NCBI GenBank assembly: GCA_963702475.1
Contig: CAVPCT010000003.1
Location: 160,001 to 224,000 of the forward strand
DNA length: 64,000 bases
From: an uncultured Thermoleophilia bacterium
GTDB lineage: Bacteria; Actinomycetota; Thermoleophilia; UBA2241
Reading direction: 5' to 3'
Shown: positions 28,192-37,887 of the stretch, one piece after another
Position numbering within the stretch: the first letter of the stretch is position 1
Layout: every line of letters begins with the position of its first letter
Made by a program: the position numbers and the translations under genes
Notes under the pieces: generated by a model
Database searches by the model: none
What the model saw: the letters and a program-made list of their open reading frames with translations, nothing else
Told to the model about the DNA's origin: nothing

Positions 28192-29700
28192 TCAGCGGTT
28201 CCAGTCGAAGTCGCGCGCCTGCGTCTGCTCCCAGGAGGCGCCGTCGTCGCTGCGCTGCCCCAGGAGTGACTTGCTGAGGATCTCGGGCGCCTTCTGCGCT
28301 GCCACGCTGGGCGGCTCGGGCTCCGCGTGCTCGGCGGCCGGGCTGGGCGCCACGGCCGGCGCCGCGGGTTCCTGATCGTACCCGGCCGGTGCCTTGGCCG
28401 CCCGGCTGATCTGCGCCGGCGCCAGTTGGACGGTGCCGTCGGCGCGCACGCTGGCGTTGGGGCGCAGGTCAGAGCGCTCCTCGTAGCCGCGGTCGGACAT
28501 GCGCACCCCGCCGCTGTCGCTGTCGACCTCGTAGCGGTACCAGCCCATCGACCACAAGAATGTGACCACGGTGGTCTGGCCGTCGAAGCCGACGTTGACC
28601 ATGGGAAGCCCCAGCTGCCCGCTGGTCTCGGCGATCTTGTGCGGTACGGGGCTCACGTTGAGGAGGTCGACGCCCCGTTGGAGCAGCGTGAGGTTGGCGG
28701 CCTCCGCCTCGAGCTCCGCGGCCGTGGGCTCGGGAGGCGCCGCGACCGCCGCCTCGACGACGGGCACGCCGGTCTCGGGCGTGAGCGTGGTCTCGGCCTC
28801 CTCCGCGGGCGGCCCGGCGGCCACCGCAGCGTCGGCGGCGATGATCTCGTCGGTGAGCGCGGGGATGGGCTGCGTGGCCTCGAACACGATGGGCGGAATC
28901 GCGGCCGCCTCGAGCGGTGCCTCCGCGGATGCCTCGGGGTGCGTCTCGGGGCCGCCCGGGGCCGGCGGGCCGGTCTGAAGGGCGGCTTCTTCTTCGCGGA
29001 GCGCGGCGAGCTCGCTGGCGAACTCCGCGGGCGTCTCGCCCCAGGTGCGCTCACCGGGTTCGGAGGCGTCTCCGCGCCGCGGCTCGGCGGTGGCTGTGGA
29101 CGGCGGCTCGGCGGACTCCGGAGGTGCCTCGGACTGCGCGGCGACCGCCAGGGCGGCGGCCGCCGGCACCAGGGGCGCCTGCGGCACGCCTGCCTGCGCG
29201 GCCGGGCCGCCAAGCTGGGCGCGTGTAGCGGCCAGCTGTCCGGCGAGCTCCTGCTTCTCGACGTCCATGCGCGCGAGCTCGGCCTGAAGGCGCTCGATCT
29301 CCGCGTCCTTCTCTTTGAGCGTGCGCCAGAAGGCGTCGCTCTCGCTGCGGGCGTCGCGCTTCTCCTCGGGCTGCGCGAGCTCGGCGGCAGCGACGAAGCC
29401 GGCGGCCGCTGCCGCCGGGACGGAGGCAAGCTCCGGATCGGCTGCGTGCTCCTGCGTCTGCGGGAGCTCTGTGCGCGACTCACGAACGCGTCCGTTGTTG
29501 GCCGGCGTGCTGCCGGTAGCGACCGGCTCTACATCGGCCGCGGAAGCGCTCTGGCCGCAGAGCGAGCAGATGAGGTATTCCTGACCGTCGGCGCCGACCA
29601 CGTTCTGGGTCCATTCGCCTACCAGAAGGGTGCGACCGCACTGGGCGCAGACAGCAGGGTCTGTCTCGTCCTTGCCACGGCCGAAGATGCGTCCGAACAT
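28192..29700 (-). CDS. Hypothetical protein: N-terminal Zn-ribbon, coiled coil, acidic linker, globular C-terminal domain
   Basis: CAQC..CSLC; heptad region LKEKDAEIERLQAEL; WSMGWYRYEVD; GGGAGA RBS. Confidence 0.7.
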   Translation of the reverse strand: MFGRIFGRGKDETDPAVCAQCGRTLLVGEWTQNVVGADGQEYLICSLCGQSASAADVEPVATGSTPANNGRVRESRTELPQTQEHAADPELASVPAAAAAGFVAAAELAQPEEKRDARSESDAFWRTLKEKDAEIERLQAELARMDVEKQELAGQLAATRAQLGGPAAQAGVPQAPLVPAAAALAVAAQSEAPPESAEPPSTATAEPRRGDASEPGERTWGETPAEFASELAALREEEAALQTGPPAPGGPETHPEASAEAPLEAAAIPPIVFEATQPIPALTDEIIAADAAVAAGPPAEEAETTLTPETGVPVVEAAVAAPPEPTAAELEAEAANLTLLQRGVDLLNVSPVPHKIAETSGQLGLPMVNVGFDGQTTVVTFLWSMGWYRYEVDSDSGGVRMSDRGYEERSDLRPNASVRADGTVQLAPAQISRAAKAPAGYDQEPAAPAVAPSPAAEHAEPEPPSVAAQKAPEILSKSLLGQRSDDGASWEQTQARDFDWNR

Positions 29701-29776
29701 CGTCTCTCCCGTGTCGGGGCAGCCCGCCGGGGACGGGCCAATGCACGAACGATGATGATACCAGACGGAGGGAGGG

Positions 29777-30013
29777 CTACTCCTCCTCGTCCGCCTCCTC
29801 GGGCATGGTGTCGTACTGAGCGAGCACGTCCCTGGCTCGCGCGGCCTCGGACTCGGGCACCAGGATGTGGAACGGGTTGACCTCGGGCGTGACGAAGACG
29901 TCTTCGGTGCCGCTCCCGGCGACGACGGCCTCGATCCCGGCGGCCTCCAGGACTCCCTTGACGACGTTCGCCTGGCCTGCGTCGTTCACGGTGGTGACGG
30001 GCACGAGTTCCAT
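29777..30013 (-). CDS. DUF2007-like small protein
   Basis: ANVVKGVLEAAGIEA..ILVPESEAARARDVL; GAGG RBS. Confidence 0.75.
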   Translation of the reverse strand: MELVPVTTVNDAGQANVVKGVLEAAGIEAVVAGSGTEDVFVTPEVNPFHILVPESEAARARDVLAQYDTMPEEADEEE

Positions 30014-30189
30014 GGCTCACCTCGCTGTCCTGGGTCCGGGGCGCCGCGGAGCGACGCAGCCCGAGTATACCCACAGCCATACGATACCTGGCCGTGTGCA
30101 GGGGCGCCGGGACGTGCGCCAAGGCGTCAAGTCCGGGCGCACACCCCCAGAGCCGTCGGCCGGCGCCGGCCGTGTGGGGCACAGGCCGG

Positions 30190-31041
30190 TCAGTCGCCGG
30201 ACCTGAGCCCCTTGAGCAGCTCGACATTGCGCAGGTCGGGACCGTTGCCGTCGAAACCGGGCACTTCAAGGATCCCGGGGATATCCGCGAACGCCGGGTG
30301 GTTGACGATGCCGCGGAACCCATCCAGGCCGATCTCACCCTCGCCGATGTTCTCGTGCCTGTCGCGGTTGGACCCGATCGGCGTCTTGGAGTCGTTCAGG
30401 TGGATCATCTCGAGGCGGTCGAGGCCGCAGGACGCGTCCAGGCGTGCCACGACGTCGTCGAGGCCCTCGGCGGTGCAGATGTCGAAACCGGCTTCGTAGA
30501 TGTGCGCGGTGTCCATGCAGAGGCCCAGCCGGGGGTGACGGTCGGCGGCGTCGATGATGGCCCCGAGCTCGGCGAAATCCAGGCCCATGGTGCCCCCGGC
30601 GCCGGCCGTGTTCTCGAGCAGGATGCGCACGCCCGAGTCTTCGCTCTCGGCGAGCGTCCGCCGCAGGGCGGCCTGCACCCGCGCGAGACCTTCTTCGAAG
30701 CCGGCGCCCTGGTGCGAGCCGATGTGCGTGACGATGGCGTCGGCGCCGAGCTGCTCCGCCGCGTCCACGGCGCCGATCAGCGAGGTCAGCGACTTCTCGT
30801 AGAAGTCGTCGCGCGCGCTCGCCAGGTTGATGAGGTAGATCGTATGGATGACGACGAAGCGGATGGGCGAGTCCGCACGCAGCTCGCGGAACTTCTGCCA
30901 GTCTTTCTCCTGGTAGATCTGCGGTTTCCAGGTCCGGGGGCTCCCGGCGAAGAACTGGATGGCCTCGCAGCCTCTGTCCACGCCGTTGCCGATGGCCTTC
31001 CAGACGCCGCCCGAGGAGTTCACGTGCGCGCCGATGTACAT
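30190..31041 (-). CDS. nfo: Endonuclease IV
   Basis: IGAHV, H..YLINLAS, LLENTAG, DTAH, HLNDSK, DRHENIGEG. Confidence 0.93.
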   Translation of the reverse strand: MYIGAHVNSSGGVWKAIGNGVDRGCEAIQFFAGSPRTWKPQIYQEKDWQKFRELRADSPIRFVVIHTIYLINLASARDDFYEKSLTSLIGAVDAAEQLGADAIVTHIGSHQGAGFEEGLARVQAALRRTLAESEDSGVRILLENTAGAGGTMGLDFAELGAIIDAADRHPRLGLCMDTAHIYEAGFDICTAEGLDDVVARLDASCGLDRLEMIHLNDSKTPIGSNRDRHENIGEGEIGLDGFRGIVNHPAFADIPGILEVPGFDGNGPDLRNVELLKGLRSGD

Positions 31042-31218
31042 GCCGTCACCTCTCTGTCACGTGCGGTCTCGCGGGATCGCGCGCCGCCGGACCTCATCTC
31101 CCCGCGCGTGACGATGGGGAAACGGCGTGCGGGACCACGACGCGACAGGCGACGTCCCGAGGGGTAGAGTGACGGGCGCGGTCTGGGCGGCCGCCACGCC
31201 CACGGCCAAGGAGGAGGC

Positions 31219-31461
31219 ATGGAGGAGCAGGGCCCGCAGCGGTGCGATACGTGCCCGGCGTTCGCGGAGATCCCCGGAGAAGCAGGTGTAGGCACGTGCC
31301 ACTCCATGCCGCCGGTCGCGCTCCAGGGCGAGCAGTTCTTCCGCGGCCCGACTCGGGAGCTGCCCTTCGGCGCGTTCTCCGTGGTCGGCGCCTTCCCTCT
31401 CGTGCGCGCGGGCGACTTCTGTATGGCGCACCCGAAGAACCGGCACCTCACCTCGCGCTGA
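31219..31461 (+). CDS. Small 4-Cys protein
   Basis: AAGGAGGAGG RBS; CDTC..GTCHSMPP..FPLV..DFC. Confidence 0.65.
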   Translation: MEEQGPQRCDTCPAFAEIPGEAGVGTCHSMPPVALQGEQFFRGPTRELPFGAFSVVGAFPLVRAGDFCMAHPKNRHLTSR

Positions 31462-31549
31462 GCCGCCATCCGGCGGTCACGTCCCCGGCCGCACGGCGGA
31501 ACGGGGGCCTCGGCCGCCCGCTCCGCCGGCCTGTGATAGGTTGGCCCAC

Positions 31550-34441
31550 ATGTGCGGCATCTTCGGATTCGCGGGTCCACCCGACCGGCAGCTGCTCGGT
31601 CGCATGGCCGCAGCCCTCCTGCACCGCGGCCCCGACGACGCGGGCTCGTTCGAGGCGGCGGCGGTCAGCCTCGGGCACCGCCGGCTCAGCATCATCGACC
31701 GCGAGGGCGGCCACCAGCCGGTCGCGAACGAGGACGAGACCGTCTGGCTCGTGTACAACGGCGAGGTCTACAATTACCGCGAGCTGCGCACCGAGCTCGA
31801 GGCCTCCGGGCACCGCTTCCGCTCCCACTCCGACAGCGAGGTCATCGTCCACGCCTACGAGGAGTGGGGCCCCGGCTGCGCCGCGCGCTTCAACGGCATG
31901 TGGGCCTTCGCCGTGGCCGACCTGCGCGGCGCCGGGGCCGACGGTCGCGGCGGCAAGCTCGTCCTGAACCGCGACCACTTCGGCATCAAGCCGCTCTTCT
32001 ACGCACGTTCGCCGCGGACGGGGCGGCTGCTCTTCGCCAGCGAGATCAAGGCCCTGCTGCAGGATCCCGAGCTGGTGCCGCAGCCAGACGACCAGCTCCT
32101 GTTCGAGTACCTGCAGCACGGCTTTCACGACCATCGCGCCGAGACGTTCTTTCGCGGCGTGTATCACGTGCCGGCGGCCACGTGGATGGAGCTGCCCCTC
32201 GACGGCGCGGCCGGCGGCGCGCCGGACGAACGGGCCGCTGCGTCCGCGGAGGTGCCGGGCGGCGCCGGCGGCGAAGCCGCTCCGGCGCAGGCCTCCACCA
32301 CCCCGGGCCCGCTCACGTCGCCGCTGCCGAGCACGGCCTACTGGACGCCGGTGCTGGGCACCGACGGTGCCGGCGACCCGGCCGATTTCCGGCGCCGCTT
32401 TCGCGAGAGCGTCGAGCGGCGCCTCGTCTCCGAGGTGCCGGTGGGCTCGTGCCTCTCCGGCGGTCTGGACTCCACCACCATCGTCAGCTTCATGAGCGAG
32501 CTGCTGCAGGAGGACGTGCCCGACGCGGCGTCGCTGCGCGGGCAGCTCAAGACCTTCAGCGCCGTGTTCGACGGCGACCCCATCGACGAGCGCGAGTACA
32601 TCGAGACGGCTGTGGAGAGCACCGGCGCCGACACCACGTACACCAATCCCACCTCGCACGAGTTCATCGGCGAATTACGCGAGTTCGTCTGGCACCAGGA
32701 GGAGCCGATCGTCAGCACCGGCCCGTACGCGCAGTGGTGTGTGATGCGCAGCGCGCGCGAGCAGGTCACGGTGCTGCTGGACGGCCAGGGCGGCGACGAA
32801 CTGCTGGCCGGCTACGTGCCGTACCAGCTCGTCTACCTGCGCCAGCTGCGGCGCGAGGCCGAGTACGGCAAGCTGCGCGACGAAGCCCTGGACGCGCGCG
32901 ACGTGCTCTGGCCGCTGGCCAAGAGGCGCATCGGCCAGCGGCGCAAGCGTCTGCGGGTCCGGCGCCTGCTGCGCCCGTCGTTTCTCGCGCGCGTCAGCGA
33001 CCCCGGGTACGGGCGCTCCCAGGACGACCTCAAGGAGCGCCTGCTCCAGGACCTGCTCACCTACAGCCTTCCGTGTCTGCTGCGCTACGAAGACCGCAAC
33101 TCCATGGCGTTCAGCATCGAGAGCCGCGTGCCGTATCTGGACCAGGAGCTGGTGGACCACATCCTCAGCCTGCCCGAGGACGCCATCATCCGCGATGGCT
33201 GGAGCCGCTGGATCCTGCGCGCGGCGCTCAAGGGCACGCTGCCGGAGAGGATCCGTCTGCGGCGCTGGAAGGTCGGGTTCACCACGCCGGAGATGCGCTG
33301 GATCAAGGCGCGTCGTGCCGCCTTCACCAGCCTGTACCAGTCGCCCTCGTTCCAGGCGCGTCCGTACTGGGACGGCGCCGCCGTGGTCGCCGCGTTCCGC
33401 GCCTGCTGCCGCGGTGAGGTCGAGGAGAGCATGCTGTTCTGGCGCGCGGCCAACGTCGAGCTGTGGCTGCGCGAGTTCGTGGACCGCAGCGCTGTGCTGG
33501 AGGACGCCGATGTGGAGGCGGCGCTCACGGCGCCGGCCGCTGTGGGGCCGCGCTCTCGCGGCTCCCTGGCCGAGGCCGGTGACGCGCGCGTGCCGGCGCT
33601 GCTGGCGGCGGCCGCGGGCCCGCAGGGCCCCGCCGCGGCCGCCGAGGCGCAGCGCCTGCTCGCTGAGTTCGCGCCCAACGAGGAGAAGCACCTGTTCGGC
33701 GCGCTGGACGGCAGCGTCTGGGCGCGCCTGCCGCTCCGCACCGAACTTGTGAAGCGCGGCGACGACCTGGACGACCTGCTGCGTCGCCAGGTGCTGCCGC
33801 ATGTGCGGCCCGGCGACATCGTGGTGATGGCCGAGAAGCCCATCGCCGCCAGCCAGGGCCGCAGCTACGCGCTCGACGAGATCAAGCCGACGGCGCTCGC
33901 GAAGCTGCTCAGCCGGTCGGTGACCAAGACGCCGCACGGCATCGGACTGGGTATCCCCGAGACCATGCAGCTGGCCATCGACGAGGCCGGCGCTCCGCGC
34001 ATCGTCGCCGCCGCGGCCGTGTCGGCCGCCGGCAAGGCCGTCGGCAGGCGCGGCCTTTTCTACAAGGTCGCCGGCGCCGACGTGGAGGCCATCGACGGCC
34101 CCACCTGGAACACGCTGCCGCCACACAACACGCACGCCAAGCTCGGCCCCAAGGACCCGGACGGCGTTGCCGGCCATCTTGCCGCGCTGCTGTCCAATGC
34201 CGTCCACGGCCGTGTGGACTTCGTCGTCATCGACGCCAACGACCTGACGGCGACGGTGCTCGGCGCCTCCCCCGGCACCGACCGCGAGCTCGCGCGGACG
34301 TTGATGCGCGACAATCCGCTCGGCCAGGGCCACGAGCAGACGCCGGTGTGCGTGCTGCGCCCGCTCGGCCCACTGACCGCCGCAGGCGAGTCGACGAGCG
34401 GCGCCTCGCAGGCGCACCGCCCACCGCCCCCGCAGAGCTGA
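31550..34441 (+). CDS. asnB: Glutamine-dependent AsnB-type amidotransferase fused to a C-terminal CofE-like (F420-0:gamma-glutamyl ligase family) domain
   Basis: MCGI, HRGPD, NGEVYN, RDHFGIKPL, SGGLDS, GQGGDEL, RVPYLD; then PLRT..GDDL, GDIVVMAEK..SQGR, IDAND, GQGHEQTP. Confidence 0.88.
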   Translation: MCGIFGFAGPPDRQLLGRMAAALLHRGPDDAGSFEAAAVSLGHRRLSIIDREGGHQPVANEDETVWLVYNGEVYNYRELRTELEASGHRFRSHSDSEVIVHAYEEWGPGCAARFNGMWAFAVADLRGAGADGRGGKLVLNRDHFGIKPLFYARSPRTGRLLFASEIKALLQDPELVPQPDDQLLFEYLQHGFHDHRAETFFRGVYHVPAATWMELPLDGAAGGAPDERAAASAEVPGGAGGEAAPAQASTTPGPLTSPLPSTAYWTPVLGTDGAGDPADFRRRFRESVERRLVSEVPVGSCLSGGLDSTTIVSFMSELLQEDVPDAASLRGQLKTFSAVFDGDPIDEREYIETAVESTGADTTYTNPTSHEFIGELREFVWHQEEPIVSTGPYAQWCVMRSAREQVTVLLDGQGGDELLAGYVPYQLVYLRQLRREAEYGKLRDEALDARDVLWPLAKRRIGQRRKRLRVRRLLRPSFLARVSDPGYGRSQDDLKERLLQDLLTYSLPCLLRYEDRNSMAFSIESRVPYLDQELVDHILSLPEDAIIRDGWSRWILRAALKGTLPERIRLRRWKVGFTTPEMRWIKARRAAFTSLYQSPSFQARPYWDGAAVVAAFRACCRGEVEESMLFWRAANVELWLREFVDRSAVLEDADVEAALTAPAAVGPRSRGSLAEAGDARVPALLAAAAGPQGPAAAAEAQRLLAEFAPNEEKHLFGALDGSVWARLPLRTELVKRGDDLDDLLRRQVLPHVRPGDIVVMAEKPIAASQGRSYALDEIKPTALAKLLSRSVTKTPHGIGLGIPETMQLAIDEAGAPRIVAAAAVSAAGKAVGRRGLFYKVAGADVEAIDGPTWNTLPPHNTHAKLGPKDPDGVAGHLAALLSNAVHGRVDFVVIDANDLTATVLGASPGTDRELARTLMRDNPLGQGHEQTPVCVLRPLGPLTAAGESTSGASQAHRPPPPQS

Positions 34442-34499
34442 CGGCCGCACGCACGGTCGGCCGCAGAGGGCGCCCGACGGGCGTCAGCCGGCCGTGTCG

Positions 34500-35525
34500 C
34501 CCGCAGAGCCGCCAGAAGTGGTACCGGTTTTGGCCGGAGAGGGCGTCCCACGCCATGATGTCCGAGATGGCGAACGTCTCGAGCAGCACGCCTTCCTTGG
34601 CGGAGCTCACAGCCGACCGCCAGTCGCTCACGTTGGCGGCCCATGCCACGGCTCCGCTGTCGACTGCGAAGACGCGCGGCGACTTGACGAGCCGCTTGCC
34701 GACGTTGATGAAGAACGGCTGCAACAGCCGGATCTGGTACGCGACCTGCAGGAGGCTGAGGTAGCGATCGGTCGTCGAGTAGGAGAGGCCGGCGTGGGAG
34801 GCCAGATCGCTCTTGTTGAGAAGTCCGCCGCTGCGGAGCAGGGCAAGGGTCATCAGACGTCCGAACTCGGGCACGGAGGCGATCTCCGAGAGCTGACGCA
34901 GGTCGCGCTCGAGGAACGTCACGCGGTAGCCGTCGTACCAGGCGCGGCGTCTGGGCAGGTCGAGCCCGAGCGTGGCCGGCCTGCCGCCGGCCAGTGCGAG
35001 CTCCCGAGCCGCTTTGGCTGCCTCGGGTGCCGCCGCCGGGAGCACCTGCAGGTACTCCGCGGCGTTCGCGGCCGCGAGCGCCTGGTCGATGGTCGTCGGC
35101 CGCGGCACCCCGATGGACTCCGACCACGAGAGCGGCAGCAGCTCGAGATAGCCTGCGCGTCCGGCCAGGGATTCACTGACGGTGCGCATGCGGAGCAGGT
35201 TCGCGGAGCCGGTGAGGAGAAAGCGCCCGGGACGCTGATCCCGATCCACGGTGAGCTTGACCGCGCGCAGCAGATCGGGCGCGCGCTGCACCTCGTCGAT
35301 CACGGTCAGTCCCTCGGCGCCGGCCACCAGGCCGTCCGGGTCCGAGAGCGCGGCCGCGAGTGTGGCAGGTTCGTCGAGCGTCAGGTAGGTGCCGCCCACG
35401 CGGTCGAGGACCTGCCGCGCGAGCGTGGACTTGCCCACCTGCCTGGCGCCGGTGACGACGACAGCGCGCATGAAGCCGAGCTGCCACAGCACTGTATCGG
35501 TCGCATGCCGGGCCAGCGTCTTCAC
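34500..35525 (-). pseudogene. AAA_14/DUF4143 ATPase, C-terminally truncated
   Basis: TGARQVGKST, IDEVQR, LTGSA, ESLAGR, KRLVKSPR..DSG; similarity stops at YHFWR and the ORF then runs antisense into asnB. Confidence 0.65.
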
Positions 35526-35533
35526 TGCATGTT

Positions 35534-35556
35534 ATTTCACCACATAATGGTGAAAT
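35534..35556. promoter_or_regulatory. AT-rich palindrome (probable operator)
   Basis: ATTTCACCA-N5-TGGTGAAAT immediately upstream of the DUF4143 ATPase start. Confidence 0.6.
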
Positions 35557-35666
35557 TGCAGGCATGACTCAGGCTTGGACGGGCGGCGGGCACGTGCCCT
35601 AGTGACCGCCGCCCGCCCGTCGTGTATAACGAGGCTCGGCGTCGAGGCGGACGGGAGGAGCGGCCG

Positions 35667-36613
35667 GTGAGCATCGTCGCGGTCCACGACTTGAAGAAGC
35701 AGTACGACCCGCCCAAGGGTGTGGTGGCGGTGGACGGCGTCAGCTTCGACATCGCCGAGGGCGAGATCTTACAGCCTGCTGGGTCCCAACGGCGCCGGCA
35801 AGAGCACCACCATCTCCATGCTCTCCTGTCTCCTGCGGCCCAGCGGGGGGGACGCGACCGTCGCCGGGCACTCGGTCACGAGCGACGCGCGGGCGGTCAA
35901 GGAGCTCATCGGCGTCGTGCCCCAGGACATAGCCCTGTACCCGGACATGAGCGCCCGCGAGAACCTGGTGTTCTGGGGCAAGATGTACGGCCTCTCAGGG
36001 GCTGCGCTGCAGGCGCGCGTGGACGAGGTCCTCGAGCTCATCACGCTCACGGACCGGCAGAAGGACCGCGTGGAGAAGTACTCCGGCGGAATGAAACGGC
36101 GCGTGAACATCGGCGTGGCGCTGCTGCACAAGCCCAAGGTCCTGTACCTCGACGAGCCCACGGTCGGCATCGACCCGCAGAGCCGGCGCGTCGATCCTGG
36201 ACGGCATCCTGGCGCTGCGCGACCAGGGCATGACGATCCTCTACACCACCCACTACATGGCCGAGGCGCAGGAGCTCAGCGACCGCGTGGGCATCGTGGA
36301 CCACGGCAGGATGATCGCCACAGGCACGCACGAGGAACTCGTGCGGATCGTCGGCGAGGAGGCGCACGTGGACGTGCGCGTGGACCACTGCCTCGAGGGC
36401 ATGCTGGAGCGCTGGAGGCAGGTGGCCGGGGTCACCGACGCCTCGCTGGACGAGGATCACGGCGTCCTGCTGGTGCAGGACGCGAACGAGGTGCTGCCGC
36501 GGCTCTTCGAGGCCGCCGCTGCAGGCGGCTGCCGCATCACCGAGATCAACGTCACCGAGCCCAACCTCGAGATGGTGTTCCTGCATCTCACCGGTCGGGC
36601 GTTGCGTGAATGA
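35667..36613 (+). CDS. ABC-2 exporter ATP-binding protein (two +1 frameshifts at about 35771 and 36190)
   Basis: AVDGVSF / GPNGAGKST, YSGGMKRR, LDEPTVGIDPQ / YTTHYMAEA spread over three frames. Confidence 0.85.
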
Positions 36614-36631
36614 CCGTCGGCTCGGCCTGAC

Positions 36632-37880
36632 GTGAGACGCATCCTCGCCATCGCCCTCAAGGACCTGCGGAGCACGTTCCGCAACGTGCCCGCGCTCGCG
36701 ATGATGCTGGCGGCCCCGCTCGCGCTGTCGGCTCTGCTCGGCTTCGCCTTCGGTGGCGGCGGCAACTTCTCGATCACCGCCACCAAGGTCGCCGTGGTCA
36801 ACCTGGACACCGCGCCGTCGTCGACGCAGGCGGACATCGGCGGCACCATCGTCGACATCCTCAAGAGCCCGGGACTCAAGGACATCCTCACGGTGACGGA
36901 GAGGCAGTCGGCGGAGGCGGCCCGCGCCGGCGTGGACGACGGCGAGGACGTGGTGGCCGTCATCATCCCGCCCGACCTGACTGCGGCCATCTTCAACCCG
37001 AGCCCCGCCGCCGCGGCCGTCGAGCTGTACCAGGACCCGACGCAGGGTATAGGCCCCGCCATTACCGAGAGCGTGGTCGACCAGGCGCTGCTCACGTTCA
37101 ACGGAGCGCGCGCCGCGGCCGTGGCGGCGCAAGGCGTGGCCACGGCCAGCGGCGACGGCGACGGGGCGGGTGCGGCTGCGCAGAAGGCCGCGGCCGCCTT
37201 CATCCACGGTCAGGAGGGTGGCTCCAGCGGCTTGGACGTCGTCATGCGCCCGCCCGAGCTGCGCGGGGGCGAGGCGTCCAAGGACATCGGGGTCATCGGC
37301 CTCGTCCTCGCCGGCATGATGGTCTTCTTCATGTTCTTCGGGGCCTCGAACGTGGCCCGTACGATCATGACCGAGGAGCGTGACGGCACGTTGCCGCGGA
37401 TGTTCACCACGCCCTCGTCCAGGCAGGTGATCCTGGGCGGCAAGTTCGCCTCCACGTTCTTCACGGTGCTGGCCCAGGCGGTGATCCTGATCGTCTGTGG
37501 GCGCCTGTTCTTCGGTATCGACTGGGGCGCCCTGGATGCCGTCAGCCTCCTCATCCTGGTGGCCGCGGCCGTGGCCTCCAGCCTCGGCCTGCTGCTCGTC
37601 TCCCTGGTGCGCACGCCGGCCCAGGCCGGCGGCATCTCGGCCGGCGTCTTCCTCGTCCTCGCGCTGCTGGGCGGCAACTTCACCGGTACGGCGCAGAGCG
37701 GTACAACGTACGCCGTCGTTCAGCGGTTCACCCCCAACGGCTGGCTGCTGGTCGGCCTCAACGAGACGTTGCGCGGGGGCGGCCTTGGCGACGTGGTCCT
37801 CCCGCTCGTCGTGTCCCTCGCCTTCGCGGTGGTGTTCTTCAGCCGTAGCCGTGCTCAGGTTCAGGAGGCGGTACGCGTGA
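36632..37880 (+). CDS. ABC-2 exporter permease (+1 frameshift at about 37841)
   Basis: IALKDL, EERDGTLPR..TP, GGKF, LGG; C-terminus restored as AVAVLRFRRRYA. Confidence 0.85.
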
Positions 37881-37887
37881 GGCGGCG

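Noticed and set aside
35667-36613. Programmed frameshifting or true pseudogene in the ABC ATPase
   Set aside because: No slippery sites, all motifs intact and the same insertion pattern occurs elsewhere; sequencing error is more parsimonious
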